64,000 bases of DNA. Origin: an uncultured virus (IMG/VR IMGVR_UViG_3300027659_000029) (Duplodnaviria > Heunggongvirae > Uroviricota > Caudoviricetes). The notes under the pieces were generated by a model that made no database searches, was not told the origin of the DNA, and worked only from the letters and a program-made list of their open reading frames with translations. A program made the translations under genes and the position numbers. Position 1 is the stretch's first letter; each line of letters opens with the position of its first letter. The stretch is taken from IMG/VR virus record IMGVR_UViG_3300027659_000029; one strand, given 5' to 3'. Below are positions 58,084 through 64,000 of the stretch, piece after piece.

Positions 58084-58776
58084 CTATAAAAGCGTCCAAG
58101 TCATTCCGTAGATAATAGTTCCGCCATTTGCCGTTACTGCTGAAATTGTTGCAGGAATACCAATTGATGCAATTGTGTTAGACAAACAAACTTTGTACGT
58201 TGTTGTTGTCAGGTCATTTGCTGTATCAGGATACATTGTTATTTCCCCAATTCTATACTCTCCGACATAGGTTTGAAGTTGTCTTCTAGCAAGTGTAGTT
58301 TGCCCATCACCCGTTACAACAACTTTGTAACAATATGTTGTAGCGGTAAACGAAGGATAGTTTGTGGCATTTTCAAATTGACCAGCAATAACTTGAGTTG
58401 ATCCCGTACAATCTAAACATTGATTGTTCAATGCATAGACAATGTTTGTCATTTTATCATTAGGGGTATCTGTTGTTGGAGTATAGGCTATACCAGTAAT
58501 CCCAGTTCCAGAAATATCCCAAAATGTAAGTACGCCTTGACCTTCAGTATCTTCTGTAACAATACCACTAATTGCCTTAGCTCCATTTACATCTGGGTAA
58601 GTTGCTGAGGTTATATTGTCAACAAGATTGTATTGAATTTCACCATTCATACCAGTTTGTGGTTGAAGTTGTGCAGGTCGTGGGTTTATACCTGTTAGTG
58701 TGCGTAATACGGTTGATGTGGCATTAAAACCATCATTGCTGTCCCATACTTTATACGCTTGAAATAAACTTGCCAT
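58084..58776 (-). CDS. Putative capsid decoration/auxiliary structural protein
   Basis: 230 aa, T/G-rich, downstream of MCP and before a terminator. Confidence 0.5.
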   Translation of the reverse strand: MASLFQAYKVWDSNDGFNATSTVLRTLTGINPRPAQLQPQTGMNGEIQYNLVDNITSATYPDVNGAKAISGIVTEDTEGQGVLTFWDISGTGITGIAYTPTTDTPNDKMTNIVYALNNQCLDCTGSTQVIAGQFENATNYPSFTATTYCYKVVVTGDGQTTLARRQLQTYVGEYRIGEITMYPDTANDLTTTTYKVCLSNTIASIGIPATISAVTANGGTIIYGMTWTLL

Positions 58777-58789
58777 TTTATGTATTTTT

Positions 58790-59719
58790 TTATGTTAATT
58801 GTAATAATTTACTTTCCATTTTTTTCCATTCAAGGAAACTTTTTTTATCAGTCATAGAATAGATTGCCAATTCTTCCGCTATTTCTGATGGTTTTTCTGA
58901 TTTGAACGTGTTTGGGTGAACTGTTTTTTTGTTTTCGTTTTCGATAATTTTACCTTTCAGCATACTTACCGACCCCTCTTTGAACAAATACTCTGTTTGA
59001 TTTTCTATCTTAGATTTGATTTTATCAATTTTATTAATAAACTCAACTCCTTGACTTGCCAATAAGTCTGTAAGCATATCTCTTCGTGTATCTAAATCAT
59101 ATCCACTAGATATTTCAAAGATTTCAGAAAGAACTTCTACATACTCATCGTTTTCCATCAAATTCTTTTTGACATCAAACAAAAGTTGTTCTTTTTTGAA
59201 CAATTCTTTTTTGCTGTTAACGGATTTTGTTCCGTCAAGTTCAACAAATAGAATTCTTGTGTTTTTGTCACGTCTTTCGTAAGAGCCATTGTATGGTGCG
59301 TGTTTAAAAAACTCTAACATCAATGGTGGTGTATTTTCTATTTCAAATTCAATTTGGTAATTGCCTCTGTACTCCCACCCAATTTGTTCTGTTTCTGTTA
59401 TTGCGTCATACTTTTTAAGTTCTTGGTATTTCACATCAAGTGATGGGCATGAATTAAGAAATCTTATTTCAATAATTTCAGCACCTTCATCTCCAATACC
59501 ACAAAACTTTATTTTCCCTTCATACTCCCCCTTTGCATTATACTGCTTTTGAACGGCATGTTCGTAGCCATTTGGCAGCCAAATTTCTGGTGGTTGTACT
59601 TCTACTTGAATAGTTGTCCCTCTTTTGTTTCCATTTTCGTCCAACTCCCCACGTTCCATTAATGTAGGTTTCAAATCTGGGGTAATGTGAATCCTATAAA
59701 AGTCTGATTTGTTTTGCAT
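58790..59719 (-). CDS. Hypothetical protein following MCP
   Basis: 309-aa ORF. Confidence 0.75.
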   Translation of the reverse strand: MQNKSDFYRIHITPDLKPTLMERGELDENGNKRGTTIQVEVQPPEIWLPNGYEHAVQKQYNAKGEYEGKIKFCGIGDEGAEIIEIRFLNSCPSLDVKYQELKKYDAITETEQIGWEYRGNYQIEFEIENTPPLMLEFFKHAPYNGSYERRDKNTRILFVELDGTKSVNSKKELFKKEQLLFDVKKNLMENDEYVEVLSEIFEISSGYDLDTRRDMLTDLLASQGVEFINKIDKIKSKIENQTEYLFKEGSVSMLKGKIIENENKKTVHPNTFKSEKPSEIAEELAIYSMTDKKSFLEWKKMESKLLQLT

Positions 59720-59735
59720 ATATAAAAATTAAAGA

Positions 59736-61166
59736 TTACGGTGTTGTTTGTTGCGAATTACCATTGATTAAACCAAAGTAACCCACACCATGTATATCAA
59801 ATCCGAATTGATTTCGTGCGTACACATCTAATGTACGACCACCTCTCACACGAGTATCATCATACCAAATAGATGCATTTGTTCCATTTTGTGCGGATAC
59901 TTGCATACCGTCACATCCTTTCAATTTAACAATCTCCATGTTAGGAATTTTGCCACCTGTTGATGAGTTAAATGTCATGTCAGGAATCAACAATGCAAAG
60001 TTACGCATAATTGAACGATCATAATCCATTTGTTCCCAACCAGTAAATCGTGCAAATTTAAAGTCAAATCCAAGACCTAAGAAGTTTTTAATACCTCCAA
60101 ATCCATACCAATTCAACCAGCCGTTTGCATCACCACCCCAAATTGGCAAATTGTAGTTATTTGTACCAACGATACGAGCAGCAGCTTTATTCAAATTGCT
60201 ATACATCTCTTGGTCACACCAAATTGTTGCACTTGTGATACCTTCTCTAATAAATCGTTTTGAAATAGCAGTCAATGAAGCTACAATAGAATTATAGTTA
60301 TTGCTGTTGATTGTCATATTGAATTTACCTCTACGAGCAACACTTGTCAACAAACCATCTGTACCCGAATCAGTAGCCATATTATATGAACCAATCATCA
60401 TTTGAATGAATTGACCATACATCATATCGTTTGCAATTTGTTGTTGCACACCTGAGCGTAAGCAAAATGTATCAATTTCTTGACCAGTGATAGTATCCAA
60501 CATACGCATTGGCGTAGGGATGTTATCATGACCATAATGCGAAATAGCATCTTGGCAAATTGTTTTACCATTTTCGTATTCTTGGATAACACCATGACCA
60601 ATGTTTGGTTGTGTTTGCGTGAAACCATTTTTTGCAATATTTCCTGAACACGCTTTTTGATAAGTGACATTTGGGTCAAACTGCCAAATATATTTTTTAG
60701 CTGACAAATCTAATACAGCTCCATCGTTACGATTAAGTGTAACAGTCCCATTAACTGACGCTTTAACGGTGGCTTGAACAATTACACCTGCAATATTTGT
60801 AAAACATTGCGCTCCTACTGGTGGAACAAAAGTACCTGTTGGTGCAGTTGGTGCTGATACAGTACATGCTACATCCGCTCCTGCACTACCAGCAGCGGTA
60901 ACGGCAGTTGTGAAGTTATAAGAAAGTTTATTTGACAGAATCTCTTCCCACATATATTTTCTTGTAGTTACCTCACGATGACCTGCGCCAAGCAAATTTA
61001 ATCGTTGGTCAAAAATATACATTAGAAAATTAGGCATATTGCCTCTTAGGATTCTTTCTTGTCTTACATCTGGGCGCAAGAAAATATCGGCATACTCGTT
61101 GTATATCGGGAATCCTTGCGAAATCTGTGCGCTTGATAGGGTTTGTATTGGACTTTGATTTGCCAT
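59736..61166 (-). CDS. Major capsid protein
   Basis: 476 aa; YMWEE, GTDGLLTSVARRG, YGF, size and position after an acidic scaffold-like gene. Confidence 0.75.
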   Translation of the reverse strand: MANQSPIQTLSSAQISQGFPIYNEYADIFLRPDVRQERILRGNMPNFLMYIFDQRLNLLGAGHREVTTRKYMWEEILSNKLSYNFTTAVTAAGSAGADVACTVSAPTAPTGTFVPPVGAQCFTNIAGVIVQATVKASVNGTVTLNRNDGAVLDLSAKKYIWQFDPNVTYQKACSGNIAKNGFTQTQPNIGHGVIQEYENGKTICQDAISHYGHDNIPTPMRMLDTITGQEIDTFCLRSGVQQQIANDMMYGQFIQMMIGSYNMATDSGTDGLLTSVARRGKFNMTINSNNYNSIVASLTAISKRFIREGITSATIWCDQEMYSNLNKAAARIVGTNNYNLPIWGGDANGWLNWYGFGGIKNFLGLGFDFKFARFTGWEQMDYDRSIMRNFALLIPDMTFNSSTGGKIPNMEIVKLKGCDGMQVSAQNGTNASIWYDDTRVRGGRTLDVYARNQFGFDIHGVGYFGLINGNSQQTTP

Positions 61167-61188
61167 TTTTTAGTTTTTTATATTTTAA

Positions 61189-62202
61189 TTATAGACTATC
61201 TAAATAATTTTTGTATTGTTGTCTTGAATCAACTGTTTTTGTTGCTTCGGTAATATTTTTTGGTGGTGCTGTAAATGGTGATTTTGCTCCTATTGCCAAT
61301 GATTTAAAACGGTCATCTGCTTTTTGCCATACAGCATCAGCAACTGCTTGTAAAACATCTTGTTTTTTACCTGCCATTTCACCAAGTAATTGACCAAGTA
61401 TTTTTTCGGATGCATTTCTATCTTCTACAAATGCGGAAAACAACCAATCGTTTTGAACCTTACCTTCTTCTGTATTTGTAAAGTGATTTTTTAAATCATC
61501 AAATGATATATTAGGTTTTACTTCAACCTGTATTTTTTCACCATTTACAATTACATCTTTTACAATAGGGTGGTTATTAAATTCAGAAATAATAGTTTCT
61601 TGTTGTTTTCTGTAATCACCCATATTGGTCATTGCAACAAATTCACTTTTAATTCCATGCACCTTATCTGTAATAGGCTTACGAATTTCAGAAGCCTCTT
61701 TTTCAATTAATGATTTACCTAAAGCTACAATTTTTTCATTTGAGCTATTTAAGTTGTACTCATCTTCAAACGCCTCTTTTATTTCATCTTCAGTTAACGT
61801 GTCATCATTTTCTAATTGTTCAGCTTTGAACTTTTCGTATACTAATGAGTTATCATCAACTTTACTTATTGATTCAAATTTCAATACTTCATCTTTTGAC
61901 AATTTATTGCTTTTGATCCCATAGTTTACTAATTCCGCAAAAGCCATTTCCTCTTTAGGTGGTTTGGACTTTTCTTCTTTTACCTTTTTTAGTTCGGCAA
62001 TGTCTTCGGCAGTCAAACCTTGTTCTTTTAACATTTCTGCGTAAGCAGTTTCTTTTGAAAAGGTGGTTTGTTGTTCGGCAGATTTAATTGCCTCCGCTGA
62101 ACCAGCATCAATTGATTGTGTAGATTGTGGTACAATCGTTTCGGCAGAAGGTGTTTTAACTCCTTCTATTAATGTTTCGATATTTTGTGTTTCTGTACTC
62201 AT
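61189..62202 (-). CDS. Putative scaffolding protein
   Basis: Acidic helical protein directly upstream of MCP; likely start MSTETQ. Confidence 0.6.
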   Translation of the reverse strand: MSTETQNIETLIEGVKTPSAETIVPQSTQSIDAGSAEAIKSAEQQTTFSKETAYAEMLKEQGLTAEDIAELKKVKEEKSKPPKEEMAFAELVNYGIKSNKLSKDEVLKFESISKVDDNSLVYEKFKAEQLENDDTLTEDEIKEAFEDEYNLNSSNEKIVALGKSLIEKEASEIRKPITDKVHGIKSEFVAMTNMGDYRKQQETIISEFNNHPIVKDVIVNGEKIQVEVKPNISFDDLKNHFTNTEEGKVQNDWLFSAFVEDRNASEKILGQLLGEMAGKKQDVLQAVADAVWQKADDRFKSLAIGAKSPFTAPPKNITEATKTVDSRQQYKNYLDSL

Positions 62203-62229
62203 TTTTTTTGCATATATTAGATTACAACC

Positions 62230-62271
62230 CAAAAGTAATTATTGTTTTATATATCAATATTTGTATATTTG
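62230..62271. promoter_or_regulatory. Overlapping divergent Bacteroidota-type promoters
   Basis: + strand TTG(62242)-N19-TATATTTG(62264); - strand TTG-N17-TACTTTTG(62237-62230). Confidence 0.7.
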
Positions 62272-62296
62272 CGTTATACAATATAATATTGTAAAT

Positions 62297-62791
62297 ATGG
62301 CAAAATCAAATAGCTTCACAATGTTCATGGGTAAAAAAGTAAAACCTAAGAACAATAGCGTACCACAATACTACGATGAATCAGAGTATATACAGCTTTT
62401 AATTGACGCTGAAAACGCAGGGCTAACCCCAAGTAAATTTAAATCTATTCTATCACAGCCATGCCAATGTTGTGGCAACGATAAAGTGATGTTAGAGTTG
62501 ATTAAAAAAGATATGAGAAAGAAATCAAATGGGCATAGTGTTCATTTGTTTATATATCAATCATCTGACATAAATAAACATACTGAATTAACCGAATTAA
62601 AAATTGATTGCATTTTATCATCTATGCTTCGTGTTGGGGCAAGTTCAAAAGTATATACACCAAAAGAAACTCATAAATATAAAGAGGGTAAAAAAGATGC
62701 CACAATAACTGTATTTAAAGATGGAATAAGGGGCAGTACGGTTAATTGCATAATAAAAGAAAACACAATTTATCCTAATGAAAATATTTGA
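62297..62791 (+). CDS. Hypothetical protein (PCQCCG motif)
   Basis: Likely start MAKSNSF downstream of the promoter. Confidence 0.65.
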   Translation: MAKSNSFTMFMGKKVKPKNNSVPQYYDESEYIQLLIDAENAGLTPSKFKSILSQPCQCCGNDKVMLELIKKDMRKKSNGHSVHLFIYQSSDINKHTELTELKIDCILSSMLRVGASSKVYTPKETHKYKEGKKDATITVFKDGIRGSTVNCIIKENTIYPNENI

Positions 62792-63428
62792 AGAAATACT
62801 CACCAATATTGAAGACTTAAAAAAAGAATCATACATCAAGTCTATTCTTTTAGAGTACAATTTATCTACTATTTTTTCTCCTATATATGCAACAAACAAA
62901 GAGGTGCAGAGATTTGGTGATGTCTGCACTTCTTTTATTATTTTAGCTTACTCAAATGGTTGTAAATGGCTTGATTATAGAAAGGATAGAAAGACTGTTA
63001 AAATGGAAGTAATGAAGTCTGTTCTACAATATACCAAAGTTCAAATTGATGATAATTACCAAGTATTGATATCAAAAGTAATTGATGGTCAATTAGAGGA
63101 AGTTGAAATGGTTATATACGATTTTGTAAGATGGCAACGTAATGGATTATTTGAAACATATGTGGCATTATCTACACAAATATCTCTTTGTAGAAGAGAA
63201 GCAAGTAGCACATTTGGAGTAAATGCAAAAACTTTAAATGATAGAGCAAAATTTCTTGAAAATTTAAGGGCATTAGAAAAAGATTTAAAAGATGTTGTCA
63301 ATGAAATTGAAAGAGAATTTATATCACTTGACGAATCACTTAAACAAGAAAATAAAAAACAAGTATCGGCACAAACAGACTTTTATTCATGGGAAGATGT
63401 CGTTAAAGGATTAGACCAAACAAAATAA
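62778..63428 (+). CDS. Helical hypothetical protein, possibly terminase-associated
   Basis: 216 aa, coiled-coil C-terminus, convergent with TerL. Confidence 0.6.
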   Translation: MKIFEEILTNIEDLKKESYIKSILLEYNLSTIFSPIYATNKEVQRFGDVCTSFIILAYSNGCKWLDYRKDRKTVKMEVMKSVLQYTKVQIDDNYQVLISKVIDGQLEEVEMVIYDFVRWQRNGLFETYVALSTQISLCRREASSTFGVNAKTLNDRAKFLENLRALEKDLKDVVNEIEREFISLDESLKQENKKQVSAQTDFYSWEDVVKGLDQTK

Positions 63429-63429
63429 T

Positions 63430-64000
63430 TTACCAAAAACTTTTGTATAATGCAGTTGCACCTAAATTACCAATAACTGTATTTTTTAAACTACTTGCCG
63501 CTAAAAAACATTGAATCATTGCAGCAATTAAATCATGTGAACGCAACTTATCCCTTGTAAACGATTCTAATTGAGTTAATGTATTTGGGAATACAATTGT
63601 TTCAAGATAATCAATCTCTCCTTCTTGCGGTTTTTTTATATAGTTTGCAATCAACTCCATACCATCTCTAACTGGATTATTTTTTTCTGAATTTGAATGG
63701 ACTCTTATGCCTTTACCGCCATCATAAGGGCTATCGTAAATCATTTTGTTATACCCTTTCTTTTTAAAATAGTTTACACCTACATTGCTTTCTGGACACA
63801 TTAAAAAACCAAAATATTCGGATGCCATTGCAAATTGTTCGTGGTCATCATCATTTACATTTTGTCTACCAAAATACTCACCTATTAATTCATTTTGAAT
63901 TCCATTTTGAGAATAGTGGTCAAACTTTTTAAACAATAACATTGCTGCGTTAGATATATTCTGAGAAATGGTATCTTCTTTATCCATTCTTACAGGATCA
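63430..64000 (-). CDS. terL: Terminase large subunit, C-terminal nuclease domain (partial; runs off window)
   Basis: Frame open to the edge (DPVRMDK), MASEYFGFLMCPESNVG and RSHDLIAAM match crAss-like TerL nuclease motifs. Confidence 0.75.
   Translation of the reverse strand, partial: DPVRMDKEDTISQNISNAAMLLFKKFDHYSQNGIQNELIGEYFGRQNVNDDDHEQFAMASEYFGFLMCPESNVGVNYFKKKGYNKMIYDSPYDGGKGIRVHSNSEKNNPVRDGMELIANYIKKPQEGEIDYLETIVFPNTLTQLESFTRDKLRSHDLIAAMIQCFLAASSLKNTVIGNLGATALYKSFW

Noticed and set aside
24838..61924. Numerous short + strand ORFs opposite the structural genes
   Set aside because: Antisense shadows of long minus-strand genes with S/F/L-rich composition.
1..64000. Stop-codon reassignment as in some crAss-like phages
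   Set aside because: Long ORFs are intact under the standard code, and TAG and TGA both end genes at plausible positions.
1..64000. tRNA or rRNA genes
   Set aside because: No cloverleaf or T-loop signature was noticed in intergenic gaps by eye; tRNAscan-SE would be needed to exclude them.

Overview
AT-rich 64-kb segment of a tailed phage genome with crAss-like/Flavobacterium-podovirus-type structural genes. A Bacteroidota host is inferred from many TAnnTTTG promoter boxes. Layout: (i) a non-coding strand-switch region with G/T-rich repeats (~0.6-1.5 kb); (ii) a + strand block of about 25 small hypothetical, probably early, genes (1.5-9.5 kb); (iii) a - strand recombination/accessory block with HNH, RNA-ligase-like, ParB, YqaJ, Sak/Rad52-like and HTH genes (9.6-16.2 kb); (iv) lysis genes and signal-peptide fibre-like genes (16.3-22.5 kb); (v) portal, a 6371-aa polyvalent virion protein, ejection/tail genes, major capsid, scaffold and the 3' part of the large terminase (22.5-64 kb). 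Three signals point to cassette-type gene and domain traffic. First, attC-like hairpin sites bound single-gene cassettes at 10.6-11.3 kb, with no integrase in the window. Second, a foreign-looking single-gene insert with GTT/AAC ends sits between perfect 68-bp direct repeats (6.8-7.6 kb). Third, in-frame enzyme modules (ADP-ribosyltransferase-like, ParB-like, unknown) inside the giant protein are separated by conserved DNA linker repeats. All functional calls come from motif recognition by eye; no searches were run.
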